Counted from the stretch's first letter, positions 1-10,550 are shown. The stretch: DNA of 64,000 bases from Deferribacterales bacterium (GCA_050251875.1 JBFWMA010000005.1:64001-128000); one strand, 5' to 3'. Program-made: numbers and translations. Notes: a model not told the origin generated them from the letters alone.

Positions 1-372
1 CTCAGCGGAAAAGAGATGCTGGACGTCATCAGCGCGAAATACAGCACAAAAGAGCTGAAAAAAGAGAAATACGCCGGACCGGCGAAGAACTATCTGCTCT
101 CCAACGGCGCAAGGGTGGGCATCATAACACCCATCAGCAACCACTTCTGTTCGGAATGCGACAAACTGCGCATCACCGCTGACGGAAAACTGCGCCCCTG
201 TCTGCTCTCCGACACCGAGATAGACATCCTGCCCGTGGTTAGGACAGGGTACAAACAGGCCATAAAAGCGGAGATAATCAGAGGACTGTTCATGAAAGAA
301 AAAGAGCACCATGTGCTTTTGGAGAAAAAGAATAATGAGTTTTCAAGAACCATGTCAAAAATCGGCGGATAA
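1..372 (+). CDS. moaA: GTP 3',8-cyclase MoaA, C-terminal part (5' end outside the window)
   Basis: GIITPISNHFCSECDKLRITADGKLRPCL (CxxC...C second cluster motif) and C-terminal MSKIGG; frame is open from base 1. Confidence 0.93.
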   Translation, partial: LSGKEMLDVISAKYSTKELKKEKYAGPAKNYLLSNGARVGIITPISNHFCSECDKLRITADGKLRPCLLSDTEIDILPVVRTGYKQAIKAEIIRGLFMKEKEHHVLLEKKNNEFSRTMSKIGG

Positions 373-1624
373 TGTAACACTGCCCTGCGGGAGATCATCC
401 GTCACCCTTCCTTTCACCTTAAAAGCAGAATATATAACATCGAAACAAAAGATAAACGCCATGCCCCAGAGCGAGGTTATAGAGCGCCTGACAGGCGATG
501 CCGTCATGAGCTATCCCCTGCGTGAGACCATAGAGGACGGCGAAAATATACTGATAGTCCTGCCGGACGCCACCAGACGCTCCGGAGCGGAGCAGGTTCT
601 GCCCGAGATACTTTCCATAGCGGAAGAGTTTAAGAAGACCGTGCGGTTCATCATAGCCGTGGGTACCCACAGACAGCCGGATGAAGCCGAGCTGAAAGAG
701 ATTATGACTCCTGAGATCTATGAGAAATATAAGCATGCCGTGCTGACCCACGACTGTGAAGATTATTCCTCTATGGATTTTTACGGAATAACCAAGCGCA
801 AGACCACCGTGCTTTTCAACAAGGCTTACAGAGAGCACGACACCATAATAACCATCGGTTCAGTCAGCTATCACTATTTCGCCGGATACGGCGGCGGGCG
901 CAAGCTGATTTTTCCGGGGCTCGCCTCTGAAAAATCCATCTCCGCCAACCACAAGCTGGCTATAGACGCCATGACATCGCAGAGGCACGATAAGGCAGTC
1001 ACTGGCAATCTCAGAAACAACCCTGTTCATGACGACATGGTGGAGACCATCATGATAGCCAGATCAGGGCATACTTTCTTTGCGGTGAACACCATTCTGG
1101 ACGAAAACGGAAAGATAGCGGAGATCGTCTGCGGAGACCTTTTCATGTCGCACATTCAGGCGGCGCAGAAGCTGGACGAATACTGCGGCGTATCCATAGG
1201 CAGACAGTATGATCTGGTGATAGTGTCAGCCGGAGGCAGCCCGAAGGATATCAATCTGGTGCAGGCTCAGAAATATCTGGACAGGATAATTCCTCTGGTG
1301 AAAGAGGGCGGAAAGGTTCTTTTTCTGGCGGAGTGTCCGGACGGATACGGTAATAAATATTTCGAAGGTTTTTTCGATCACGCTGATTCCGGATCAATGC
1401 TGAAAGAGCTGATGGTGGACTACAGAATCAACCGTCAGACAGCGTATAATCTGAAAACCAGACTGGAGGCGTTCGATGTTTACGCATATACGTCTCTGGA
1501 TGAAAAAGACTGTGAGAGAATCGGGTTTAAAAAGCTGAATGATCTGAACGATATAAAAGAACTCGCCGAAAAGGCGGAGAATGTTGCCGTGGTGAGCCAC
1601 CCGGCGGATATATTTATTAAATAG
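335..1624 (+). CDS. LarA-family nickel-pincer-dependent racemase/epimerase (start uncertain, 311-461)
   Basis: LarA/DUF2088 motifs PDATR, AVGTHR, HYFAGYGGGRKLIFPG, DINLVQAQK, AECPDG. Confidence 0.85.
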   Translation: MSFQEPCQKSADNVTLPCGRSSVTLPFTLKAEYITSKQKINAMPQSEVIERLTGDAVMSYPLRETIEDGENILIVLPDATRRSGAEQVLPEILSIAEEFKKTVRFIIAVGTHRQPDEAELKEIMTPEIYEKYKHAVLTHDCEDYSSMDFYGITKRKTTVLFNKAYREHDTIITIGSVSYHYFAGYGGGRKLIFPGLASEKSISANHKLAIDAMTSQRHDKAVTGNLRNNPVHDDMVETIMIARSGHTFFAVNTILDENGKIAEIVCGDLFMSHIQAAQKLDEYCGVSIGRQYDLVIVSAGGSPKDINLVQAQKYLDRIIPLVKEGGKVLFLAECPDGYGNKYFEGFFDHADSGSMLKELMVDYRINRQTAYNLKTRLEAFDVYAYTSLDEKDCERIGFKKLNDLNDIKELAEKAENVAVVSHPADIFIK

Positions 1625-1655
1625 TGAGTTCTAAAGACAGGTCGGATCGAGTAGT

Positions 1656-1886
1656 TTATTTATTCTGTTGTTTGAAGAAGTCGACAAGAGACACCAGGTT
1701 TTCCTTTTTGGTCGCCTGAATGTTCTCTTCTTTGATAGCTTCGTAGACCTCTTTGCGGTGAACGCTGACGTCTTTGGGCGCATCTATACCGATCTTAACG
1801 TTTCTACCGTTAACCTCGACAATGGTGACCTCGATGCTGTCTCCGATTATTATGCTTTCGTTTATCTTCCTTGATAATACAAGCAT
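1656..1886 (-). CDS. csrA: Carbon storage regulator CsrA, FliW-type with C-terminal extension
   Basis: [16 protein letters not shown]...[17 protein letters not shown]...EEN; adjacent to fliW. Confidence 0.97.
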   Translation of the reverse strand: MLVLSRKINESIIIGDSIEVTIVEVNGRNVKIGIDAPKDVSVHRKEVYEAIKEENIQATKKENLVSLVDFFKQQNK

Positions 1887-1902
1887 TTTGCTCCCTGTGA
1901 CC

Positions 1903-2373
1903 CTATGCTTTAAACAAAGGGGTCTTAATCTGCCATTTATCTTCCTCTAAAATAACTTGTTTTGCAAGTTTTTTCTCCACATTCACGATTAGAGGCGCTC
2001 TCAGGTTCATTGTGGCGTTCTTGGGCTGATCCGGAACGACAACTATGGCGAATAGCTTCATCTTCGTATCTTCTTCCGCTCCAAGGATCTTCGCTTCTCT
2101 CTTGTTCAGCTTGGGCGTGTAATCTGGGACGAAGAGTTCCGGCTCCACCAGAATGAAGCATATGTCTTTGTCCTGCACAGACTGAAACCAGAGAAACGGG
2201 TAAGATTTCTCATTAGAGATCAGAATAAAATCGCTGAGATCAGGAAAGCCTAAGATAGGCGCGGACAGTGTGATGATATCCGCGTCCGCATACTCTATTT
2301 TGCCAAGTTTACCGGACACTATAGTTTTAGTTTCCATTGTATCCTCGCAGGTGTTTACTGAATTTGCACCCAT
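1903..2373 (-). CDS. fliW: Flagellar assembly factor FliW (alternative start at 2337)
   Basis: [30 protein letters not shown] motifs; lies between flgL and csrA. Confidence 0.95.
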   Translation of the reverse strand: MGANSVNTCEDTMETKTIVSGKLGKIEYADADIITLSAPILGFPDLSDFILISNEKSYPFLWFQSVQDKDICFILVEPELFVPDYTPKLNKREAKILGAEEDTKMKLFAIVVVPDQPKNATMNLRAPLIVNVEKKLAKQVILEEDKWQIKTPLFKA

Positions 2374-2414
2374 ATACTGCTCCTGTAGCGTGTGTCGTGA
2401 TCTGAGCTGTCATC

Positions 2415-5400
2415 TTATAAGTAGTCCAGAAGGCTCACAGACATAGTGTAGGCTGTCACCTGAAGAGCAGCCTCGTATGCTGTTTCGGCGAGCGACAGGT
2501 CTGCGGATGCCTGTGTTTTGTCTATGGTGGTCGAGCCTGTGTATTTTGCCTTCAGTTCTTCTGTTGTGGTCACGACATTCTCGTTAAAAGTTATTGCGGA
2601 ATCTGCTTTGTTTACGCTGTTGCCCACAGTGGTCAGAGCAGAGAGTACCTGTGTCTGAGCCTGCTGCAGAACTTCCATCTCGTGTTCTATGCCTGATCCT
2701 ACTGTCGCTGTGAAGTAGTCTGTGGCATAGAGATATCCGGCATCATATGACTGGTATACGCCGTCCGCCACGAAATACAGCTCGTTTGCCGAGTCCATGG
2801 TATAGGTGTTGATCAGCTCGCCGTCATCGCCGGTTATTTTTATTTTTACCAGGTCGCCGCCCTTGGAAACACCGAGGGTGCTGTTATAATCTCCGGCAAC
2901 CGCCACATCTGACACAGACGGGTCGAAGACAAACCCGAGGCTGTCCCCATCCACCAGTTCACATGTGACTATGGAGCTTATACCCTGGTCAGCGAGTTTT
3001 TCATTAATGTTGGCTACCAGATCCTCATATGTGGGATAGTTTTCGGCGTCCACAGTGATGCTCACTGTTTTTTCCGAGCCGTCATTATATGAAAACGTCA
3101 GCGTGCGTTCCGCTGAGTTCGCCTCGCTAAGGTCCATAGTGACCGTTGATGAGCTTGTTATAGTGCGCGCTTCGGCTTTGTTGTAAAAGCCGAGAGTGCC
3201 TGACTCATCGCCGGATACTATTATATCGGCGACAATAGCTGTATCTAAAGAGTTAATTGTAATAATTCCGTTTCCGTTCACAGAAGCCTGAAACTGGGAG
3301 TCAAGACCCTGCGCCACGAGGTCGGCGTTCAGCTCTGTCACGATGGCGGAGTAGTCCGCATAGTCGCCTGATGGAACTGTCAGCGAAAAGCTGTTCCATG
3401 AACTGCCGCTGATGTCGTAGTAGCTGACATCCAGAGTGCTCGGAGAGTTCAGCTCCAGATCGGGCTGTGTCTCGCCGGAGGCGGGAGATGTATCGGACAT
3501 GCCCATTACATAGGATGTCTCTGTATTGTTGTATGAAACGGATATTTCGGTGTTTCCTGATCCTGTGTCCAGCTTCAGCTCGCCGTTGTCGTCATATGCC
3601 CTTACTCCCATGTTCTGAAGAGTCAGGTTGGAGTTGATCTGTGACAGAATCTGATCCATCAGGCTGTCGGCGTCTGTATAGTCTGTCGCCGGAACGTTCA
3701 CTGTCAGAGTGGTTATGTCGTTTGCTGTGGCGTCTGATTTCAGAACGATGTCGAAGCTGACGTCCACGTCTGAGTAATATTTCAGTGTTTCAGAGTTCCA
3801 TGTCTGATCCTGCTGAAGATAGAACTCGGACTGGTTGTTGTATGTCTGCACCTCGAAGGTGAAGATATCGTTATAGTTTCCTGTGAATTCGCCGTCCAGA
3901 TAGGGGGTGGCTATTTCATCGCCGTTGTTTTCCGCCCATTCGCTGGGAGCGCCTATGCCCGCTTCCGCAATGTTGAAGTTAAGCGCTTCGTACAGGTTGT
4001 AGAGAGATGTGAGCACATTCACGTTGTCTCCCTTCTCTGTGACGTTCAGGTCGCCGAAGCTGACGTTTGAGTTGGCTGACATCTCCACTGTGAAGGATGT
4101 GCCGACTGATATTTCGCCCAGTGTTATGGAGACTCCGTTGGCTATGTATATTTCATCGCCTTTGTATGAGTCGCCTATTATGGGGCTGGCGGAGTTGTCG
4201 TATATTGTGTTTCCTTTTGAGTCGGTAACGTTGATGGTGATTTCTGAGGTGAGCGTATCCACGTTCACGTTTACGTTCCACTCATCGTCTCTGGTGCCGT
4301 TATAGGTTCCGGAGAACACAACGTTTTGGTCTATCTCGGCGTAGCCTATTCCTGAGTTGTTTTCAGTGATGGCGAAAGTGAGACGGCTCTCTCCGCTTCT
4401 GAGATCCTGAATCTGTATCTGACCGTTCTGGATAGAAGCGTCCACGGCGTTTCCGTAGAGAGCCTCTATGAATTCCATCATGTCGCCGACCCTTTTTTCG
4501 GTTGCCTCAGGATAGTTTGTTCCTCTGGCGTTGTCGGACTGGAAGTCGGTTCCGATCTTAGTCATCAGAGATGTGTCGTCTGTCAGCTCGGTGTTCTGGA
4601 GCTTGAAAGACACGTCATAGAGTCCGGCTCCTGTGCCGTCCACAACATTAGCGAAGACTGTGAAGCCGAGGTTTTTATCCATCAGCGCCTGATTCAGCTT
4701 GTCCTGGATGGATGCCGCGTCATCTGCCGCTGTTACGTCTATCTGCACGGGTGTGCCGTTCACATAATATTTGTATGTGCCGGCGGCGGACATGTCCACA
4801 TCTGTGTGTGTGGTGGTGACCGGTCCTGTGAAATCGTCATATGACAGGTTGAATACTGTGTCTGTACCTGTGGCGGAGATGGTGGATGAGCCGAAACCGA
4901 GTGTGTTGTTCAGCGATCCTTGCACGGATATGTTTGTTTCGTCCCCTGTTCTGGAGGAGATGAACATTATGTTGTTTCCGTCTGCCACTGCGGTGATCTC
5001 TCCGCCCAGTCCCATGTCTTCCAGATCACGGTTGATGTCGAAGATCACGTTGTCCATGCTGGCGTAGCCTTTCTGATCCATAGTGATGGTGTATTCACGG
5101 CTGGCGTATGACAGAGTGATGCTTCTCTCTTCCTCAGATGCTTCGGACATGTCCAGATCGACTTTGCCGGGCGATGTCAGCTGGGCTGTACCCACGGCGT
5201 ATCCGTTGTGGTCTGTGCCGGAGAATTTTATATTGTCGGCGGTACAGGCATTGGCTCCGTCTATCTGGGAGAATTTTGTGGTCTCGGATATGGTGAGACC
5301 GTTTATGGTGTTGGTTGTTGTGCCTGTTATTGTCCTGTTGGTCTCCATGTAGAGATCCTGTCCGGATACGTTAATGGTTACGGACTGGTTGGAGGCGATT

Positions 5401-6239
5401 TTGGATGTGATTTCGCCGTCATCCCCCTGATAGCTGATATCGTCACCGGGGACATAATAGAAGTCTATTGTGAAGTCCTCGCCGTTGTTGATGCCGTCAG
5501 GAATCACAAATCCCACTCCGAGACCTGTGTTGATAACGGTTTCGCCTGTGTATTCGGTTGTCAGCGTGGTGGATGTTCTGTTTCCGGCGGCGGTGCTCTC
5601 GTCTGAGCCGTTGCTGTCCAGAAGAACAGTGTTGTCCTCGCCGTCTTTCATGGTGACGTATGCCACGCCGTCCAGAACTGTTACGGTCGCCTTATATTTT
5701 CCCTCTTTCAGTTCGGTCATGTCGCTGTAGAGTTTTTTGGTTATTGCCTCTGTGCCCGCCTTGGATGAAGATACGGCTGAAACCTCTCTCTCTCCGCTGG
5801 TGAAGGGCTCTGTTCCTGTTTCATAGCCGGAGAAGATATATCTGTCCAGATACTGGGTATTGCCTATGTCCATCATCGCCTGATAGATGCTCAGCACTTC
5901 GCCCGCCAGAGCCTTCCGGCTGTCGGCGTTCTGTGTGTCGTTCATACCCTGTTCCGCCAGCTCGTTGAGGGCTGTGGTCAGATATTCGGAAGCGGTCTGG
6001 AGAACGCTGTCGGCTGTTTCCAGCCATGTCAGGGCGTTTTCGCCGTTTCTTTTATATTGTGTCGCCTCGTTGGACATTATCTGCATGTTATACGCTGTGA
6101 GATAATATACGGCGTCATCTTCCGGATTCAGCAGGTTTCTGCCTGCGGAAACTCTTTCATTCGCAGCTATCAGGTTTCCCAGAGTAGTGTTGAGACCCTG
6201 ACTGTACATCATTGAGATCATATTGTTAGTGACTCTCAT
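2415..6239 (-). CDS. flgL: Flagellar hook-associated protein 3 FlgL, very large (1274 aa)
   Basis: Flagellin-like N terminus (MRVTNNM, PEDDAV, RYIFSGY) and C terminus (AYEAALQ...SLLDYL); follows flgK. Confidence 0.9.
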   Translation of the reverse strand: MRVTNNMISMMYSQGLNTTLGNLIAANERVSAGRNLLNPEDDAVYYLTAYNMQIMSNEATQYKRNGENALTWLETADSVLQTASEYLTTALNELAEQGMNDTQNADSRKALAGEVLSIYQAMMDIGNTQYLDRYIFSGYETGTEPFTSGEREVSAVSSSKAGTEAITKKLYSDMTELKEGKYKATVTVLDGVAYVTMKDGEDNTVLLDSNGSDESTAAGNRTSTTLTTEYTGETVINTGLGVGFVIPDGINNGEDFTIDFYYVPGDDISYQGDDGEITSKIASNQSVTINVSGQDLYMETNRTITGTTTNTINGLTISETTKFSQIDGANACTADNIKFSGTDHNGYAVGTAQLTSPGKVDLDMSEASEEERSITLSYASREYTITMDQKGYASMDNVIFDINRDLEDMGLGGEITAVADGNNIMFISSRTGDETNISVQGSLNNTLGFGSSTISATGTDTVFNLSYDDFTGPVTTTHTDVDMSAAGTYKYYVNGTPVQIDVTAADDAASIQDKLNQALMDKNLGFTVFANVVDGTGAGLYDVSFKLQNTELTDDTSLMTKIGTDFQSDNARGTNYPEATEKRVGDMMEFIEALYGNAVDASIQNGQIQIQDLRSGESRLTFAITENNSGIGYAEIDQNVVFSGTYNGTRDDEWNVNVNVDTLTSEITINVTDSKGNTIYDNSASPIIGDSYKGDEIYIANGVSITLGEISVGTSFTVEMSANSNVSFGDLNVTEKGDNVNVLTSLYNLYEALNFNIAEAGIGAPSEWAENNGDEIATPYLDGEFTGNYNDIFTFEVQTYNNQSEFYLQQDQTWNSETLKYYSDVDVSFDIVLKSDATANDITTLTVNVPATDYTDADSLMDQILSQINSNLTLQNMGVRAYDDNGELKLDTGSGNTEISVSYNNTETSYVMGMSDTSPASGETQPDLELNSPSTLDVSYYDISGSSWNSFSLTVPSGDYADYSAIVTELNADLVAQGLDSQFQASVNGNGIITINSLDTAIVADIIVSGDESGTLGFYNKAEARTITSSSTVTMDLSEANSAERTLTFSYNDGSEKTVSITVDAENYPTYEDLVANINEKLADQGISSIVTCELVDGDSLGFVFDPSVSDVAVAGDYNSTLGVSKGGDLVKIKITGDDGELINTYTMDSANELYFVADGVYQSYDAGYLYATDYFTATVGSGIEHEMEVLQQAQTQVLSALTTVGNSVNKADSAITFNENVVTTTEELKAKYTGSTTIDKTQASADLSLAETAYEAALQVTAYTMSVSLLDYL

Positions 6240-6257
6240 GGCTTATCTCCTGACCTG

Positions 6258-8015
6258 TTATCTGCCGCCGGTGCCGAGACCGTTGACCATCTTGTCCAGC
6301 ATCTCGTCTATCACCGTGATAAATCTGGCGCTTGCCTCATATGCTCTCTGGAATCTCATGATGTTGGTGAGTTCCTCATCCAGAGACACGCCCGATATAC
6401 TCTCCAGTTTCAGTTCATATTCATCCACAGCATTCTGCTTGGTGGCGGTATAAACGTCCGCTGTTGACTTGTCCGTGGCTATCGCCGAAACGAAAAGCGC
6501 GTAGAATCCATCCAGAGTGACGCTTGATCCGGAGAACAGGCTTTCTGATTTCAGATCAGCTATGTTGGCGGCGTTAGAGTTGTCGCCCACGGCGCCTGTT
6601 GTGGATGTCGCCAGATAGGATATGTTGTTTTTCACCAGAGCGGATACGTCTATGTCGGAAGCGTTTTTTCCTGTGAAAAAACCGTATGTTCCGGAGGCGA
6701 CCAGAAAGCCTGATGTGTCCTCGGAAAATGTGAATGTGTATCCTGATTCCGATGTAATTTTTATTGTATTGTCTTCCGACAGAGACGCCTGAATAAGCCC
6801 GCCGTTGGGGTTGCCGTCCGCATCGGATATTTTATCTATAATAGATTTAAGACTGTCTGTATCGGGATCAACCTCTATGTCGAGGTTGTCCACGAGGTTT
6901 CCCTCGCTGTCGTATACGGATATACGCATAACTCCGTTGGTTATGGTGGATGTGCCGAATGTTCCTGCGGCGGAGTTCAGTGCGTATGTGGCGTTGGGCA
7001 CGCCGTTGGATGATGTCACCTGTGTGAGCTGTTCGGTACCCTGACCCACGGAGTGCAGCTCGTTTGTGGATGTTATCAGCACTGAAGCCAGCTCGTTCAG
7101 AGAGTCCATATATCCCTGAAGCACGTCATCTCTCAGATCGATATAGGCGCCGATAACGCCGGATTTGAAAGAACTGGTGATATCCACGCCTTCTGTTCTG
7201 GTGTCGGATGTGTTCCAGTAGATGCTGTATGTGTTGTCCTCACCGGAAGTCTGTGCGGCGCTGAGTGTGAACGACTGTCCGTCATCCACCAGCGTATGTC
7301 CGTTGATGAACACTGATATCTGACCGTTCGCGTCCTCGCTGGAGTTGAAGTTGGTGTATTGAGCCAGCTCGTCCAGCAGGTTTTCCCTGTTGTCACGGAG
7401 GTCGTTAGCTGTGATGCCGGTGACCTCGATGGCTGCTATCTCGCCGTTCAGATAGGCGATGTTCTGTGAGATTTCGTTTATTCTGTCGACATATGCGCCG
7501 ACCTGATCGTTGCATGAGCTCTGAAGCTCCTCCAGCTCGCCGTAGCTCGCTCTGAGTTTTTCAGCCAGAATAGCCGCTGTTTCCACAACGGTCTGTTTCT
7601 TGATCTCTGCTTCGTCAGATTCGTCTGTGGCGGTGTTCGCCAGATCGCTCCATGCGTCAAAGTAGTTCGCCATGGCCTCGCCCAGACCGGAACCGTCCTC
7701 CAGCTCGTTGAAATATATCTCAACTGCCTCCAGCTCATCCTGCATTGTGGAATAGTAGTAGAGGTCCGAGCTCTCGGTTCTCAGTGTGGCAGCCAGCAGA
7801 CTGTCATATACCTGTGTAACATCCTCAATGGTAACACCGGTGCCGAACACGCCTTTAGACGTCACCTGAGACAGTGATGTGGAGAGGGCTACCCTCTGGC
7901 GTGTGTATCCTTCTGTGTCTATGTTTGTAATGTTGTTACCGGATACGTTGATCTGCGCCTGAGTGGCGAAAAGACCGGAAACTCCGGTTGATAACATTGT
8001 TAACAGGTTTGACAT
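6258..8015 (-). CDS. flgK: Flagellar hook-associated protein 1 FlgK
   Basis: GNNITNIDTEGYTRQRV, ANDLRDNRE, SGVSLDEELTNIMRFQRAYEASAR. Confidence 0.96.
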   Translation of the reverse strand: MSNLLTMLSTGVSGLFATQAQINVSGNNITNIDTEGYTRQRVALSTSLSQVTSKGVFGTGVTIEDVTQVYDSLLAATLRTESSDLYYYSTMQDELEAVEIYFNELEDGSGLGEAMANYFDAWSDLANTATDESDEAEIKKQTVVETAAILAEKLRASYGELEELQSSCNDQVGAYVDRINEISQNIAYLNGEIAAIEVTGITANDLRDNRENLLDELAQYTNFNSSEDANGQISVFINGHTLVDDGQSFTLSAAQTSGEDNTYSIYWNTSDTRTEGVDITSSFKSGVIGAYIDLRDDVLQGYMDSLNELASVLITSTNELHSVGQGTEQLTQVTSSNGVPNATYALNSAAGTFGTSTITNGVMRISVYDSEGNLVDNLDIEVDPDTDSLKSIIDKISDADGNPNGGLIQASLSEDNTIKITSESGYTFTFSEDTSGFLVASGTYGFFTGKNASDIDVSALVKNNISYLATSTTGAVGDNSNAANIADLKSESLFSGSSVTLDGFYALFVSAIATDKSTADVYTATKQNAVDEYELKLESISGVSLDEELTNIMRFQRAYEASARFITVIDEMLDKMVNGLGTGGR

Positions 8016-8039
8016 GGCTGACTCCTTGTGTCCTTACAC

Positions 8040-8519
8040 TTAACCTGTCTGGCAGATGGTAGAGGTTCTGACAGTTTTGTACGCTTTGTTCATGCTGTAG
8101 GTGTTTCTGCCGCCCACGCCCAGCTTTGTGAAAAGCCCGTTGATGAGAGACATGTTTGACTTGAAGAGGATTTTCAGCGCTGTGTTCAGCGATGTAACCT
8201 CTTTTGTGAGATCCATCAGCTCGTTTCTGAGCGCCATCAGCTCAGTGGAGTATTCCCCCGCCATGTCTCTGGCGATGGTTTCCACACGCAGTCCGTCCAC
8301 TCCGCTGTCTTTTTCAATCCTGCGGATACAGTTGACGAATGCTTCACTGAGAAACTTCTCTTTATATGTGAGAGTATCTTTTGTCTTAGCAAGCTCATTT
8401 GTGAGTTTTGAATCCCATTTGATAGCCGCTTCTTTCTCTTCCTTCAGGATAGAGACCATTTCTGTGTACAGCTTGATCTGGGACTGCATTATTTCGATTA
8501 AAGCGGTGATGTTTTCCAT
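8040..8519 (-). CDS. flgN: Flagellar export chaperone FlgN
   Basis: Helical 159-aa protein in the canonical flgM-flgN-flgK position. Confidence 0.8.
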   Translation of the reverse strand: MENITALIEIMQSQIKLYTEMVSILKEEKEAAIKWDSKLTNELAKTKDTLTYKEKFLSEAFVNCIRRIEKDSGVDGLRVETIARDMAGEYSTELMALRNELMDLTKEVTSLNTALKILFKSNMSLINGLFTKLGVGGRNTYSMNKAYKTVRTSTICQTG

Positions 8520-8639
8520 CTCATACCTCCGTTTGGTACGGTAGTTATGAGATACAGAAGAATTAACGGGTTAGATTAAGTTTTTAGATTGAAAAGTTCA
8601 GCGAGCCGCTAAACACTACGCCCCTATGGGACGATAATG

Positions 8640-8939
8640 TTAGAACAGTCCGTCTATGGCTGTCTGAACTATTTTTTCCGCAATCTGCTGTCCGGACACG
8701 TTGTATTGGCCGTTTTCGATTTTGCTTTTCAGCTCGGCGACCAGATCTGTCCTGACATCAGGTGTGCTCTGAAGGCTGCTTTTCACGCCTGCCAGCTCCT
8801 TAGCGCTATCAGAGAGTGATACGGAATCAGACGCCGATGTGCTTTCGGATGCGGAGGAGCCGGAAGATACTTTTTTCTTCTCTGCTGTATCGTTCAGTTT
8901 GTTTAAGCCAGCTTGAGTGGCTTGTTGCTCAATTCTCAT
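8640..8939 (-). CDS. flgM: Anti-sigma28 factor FlgM
   Basis: DSVSLSD...PDVRTDLVAELKSKIENGQYNV...IAEKI. Confidence 0.95.
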   Translation of the reverse strand: MRIEQQATQAGLNKLNDTAEKKKVSSGSSASESTSASDSVSLSDSAKELAGVKSSLQSTPDVRTDLVAELKSKIENGQYNVSGQQIAEKIVQTAIDGLF

Positions 8940-8961
8940 TTCAGCCTCCGGTACCTACTTC

Positions 8962-8988
8962 ATATCGGAATCTTTCTCTAAAACTTTA
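8962..8988 (-). promoter_or_regulatory. Sigma28 (FliA) promoter of flgM
   Basis: Minus strand TAAA-N15-TCCGATAT versus consensus TAAA-N15-GCCGATAA, about 23 nt upstream of the flgM start. Confidence 0.85.
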
Positions 8989-9054
8989 GCAGTTTTCGCC
9001 TGGTTTATCCAGTAAAAAAAACTTTTTCCCCGTCTACCCTGTACTCATATTCTT

Positions 9055-9456
9055 CTAGTTAATTCCTGTTATATCAGAAGCAACATCCGTGCCATTTATT
9101 TGCTGTCTTAATCTGAGAAAATCGTTAGTTGAGGTAGCTGTTTTTTCCCCTTGAGGGAAATTATTTCCTTCGCTCTGAGAAACGTATTTGCTCATGTTGT
9201 CGTACATCATTTTAGACAGACCCACGCTGCCTGTTTTTGTAAAGTCGGCGGCTATCTGTCCGTGGAGCATCTGGGTGAATATCTGTTCTCCCTGATTTTT
9301 CTTAATAAGCCCGCCGTCCATGGAGGAGACTGTCTCCTGCATCACGTCAAACACTTTGGACAGGAAGAAGGACTCGAAGCCGTCACAGGCTTTTTTCAGT
9401 TTTTCGTTCTTGTCGTGTGTGTAGTTCAGCGAGTTTTCAAGTACGGCGAGATCCAT
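9055..9456 (-). CDS. flgJ: FlgJ-like rod-binding protein without a muramidase domain
   Basis: KLKKACDGFESFFL...EQIFTQML...GLSKMMY rod-binding motif; follows flgI. Confidence 0.85.
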   Translation of the reverse strand: MDLAVLENSLNYTHDKNEKLKKACDGFESFFLSKVFDVMQETVSSMDGGLIKKNQGEQIFTQMLHGQIAADFTKTGSVGLSKMMYDNMSKYVSQSEGNNFPQGEKTATSTNDFLRLRQQINGTDVASDITGIN

Positions 9457-10550
9457 TACATCACCTGTAATTCGCCGTGCAGAGCGCCGGCTGATTTTAT
9501 CGCCTGAAGTATCGATATCAGGTCTCTGGGTGTCACGCCTATGGAGTTCAGAGCTTTAACCAAGTCGCTGATGCTCACGCCCTCGGGAACAACCATCAGT
9601 TTGGCGTTCTCTTCGGTTACTGTGACGTTGGTCTGCTGGTTGGTCTGTGTTGTGGTGTCGCCCAGAAAGTTCTGGTCTTTATTAACCTCAACTGTGGAGT
9701 TGATGTTGATAGTCAGGTTTCCGTGTGAAACAGCCACTGTGTTGATGCGGACGTCTGCGCCCATTACTATTGTGCCTGTGCGCTCATCCACAACCACTTT
9801 TGCGAGGTTGCTGGGCTCTATCTGCGCGTTCAGCACTGTATCCAGATAGACATAATAGTCTGATGTCTTGTCTCTGGGGACTATAACCTGCACTGTGGTG
9901 GGTGATGTTATGGAAGCCACGTTAGAGCCTATCAGGCTGTTGATGGCGTTTTTCGCTTTTACTATGTCAGACAGATTGCTCTGTTTGAAGTTAAGAGTGA
10001 TATTTGTCTCGTCCATGTTATAGGGAACTTCTTTCTCCACTATGGCGCCGTTGGGTATCATGCCCACTGTGGGGTGGTTTTTGATGGTTCCGGCTCCGGC
10101 TGCGGCAACGTTCATCCCGCCCACGGAAACAGGTCCCTGACCCACAGCGTATACCTGTCCGTTAGCCGCTGAGAGGGGAGTCATCAGAAGAGTTCCGCCC
10201 TCCAGACTTTTTGAGTCGCCCACGGATGATACCACCACGTCCACTTTAGAGCCGGGACGGGCAAAGGGTGTCAGCTTGGCTGTCACCATAACTGCGGCAA
10301 CGTTTTTCACCTTTACGGCGTTTTTATCCACGGTGATTCCCATTCTCTCCATCATGTTCACCAGAGACTGAACGGTGAAATCCGTACCGCTCTTGTCTCC
10401 AGTGCCGTTCAGACCAACCACCAGACCGTATCCGATCAACTGGTTGTCCCTGATTCCTTCCACGTTGGAGATATCTCTGATTTTAACCAGAGCGAAAGCG
10501 CTCTGAGCTGTTATTAAAAGTATAGCGGCGGTTATAAGCAGTCTTTTCAC
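9456..10550 (-). CDS. flgI: Flagellar P-ring protein FlgI
   Basis: GIRDNQLIGYGLVVGLNGTGD, SLEGGTLLMTPL, ILQAIKSAGALHGEL. Confidence 0.98.
   Translation of the reverse strand: MKRLLITAAILLITAQSAFALVKIRDISNVEGIRDNQLIGYGLVVGLNGTGDKSGTDFTVQSLVNMMERMGITVDKNAVKVKNVAAVMVTAKLTPFARPGSKVDVVVSSVGDSKSLEGGTLLMTPLSAANGQVYAVGQGPVSVGGMNVAAAGAGTIKNHPTVGMIPNGAIVEKEVPYNMDETNITLNFKQSNLSDIVKAKNAINSLIGSNVASITSPTTVQVIVPRDKTSDYYVYLDTVLNAQIEPSNLAKVVVDERTGTIVMGADVRINTVAVSHGNLTININSTVEVNKDQNFLGDTTTQTNQQTNVTVTEENAKLMVVPEGVSISDLVKALNSIGVTPRDLISILQAIKSAGALHGELQVM

Noticed and set aside
8600..8630. GGGGCGTAGTGTTTAGCGG on the minus strand resembling a tRNA 5' end
   Set aside because: No anticodon arm, T arm or acceptor complement follows
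9055..9456. flgJ as a truncated pseudogene
   Set aside because: Single-domain rod-binding FlgJ without muramidase is normal in many lineages, and the ORF is intact
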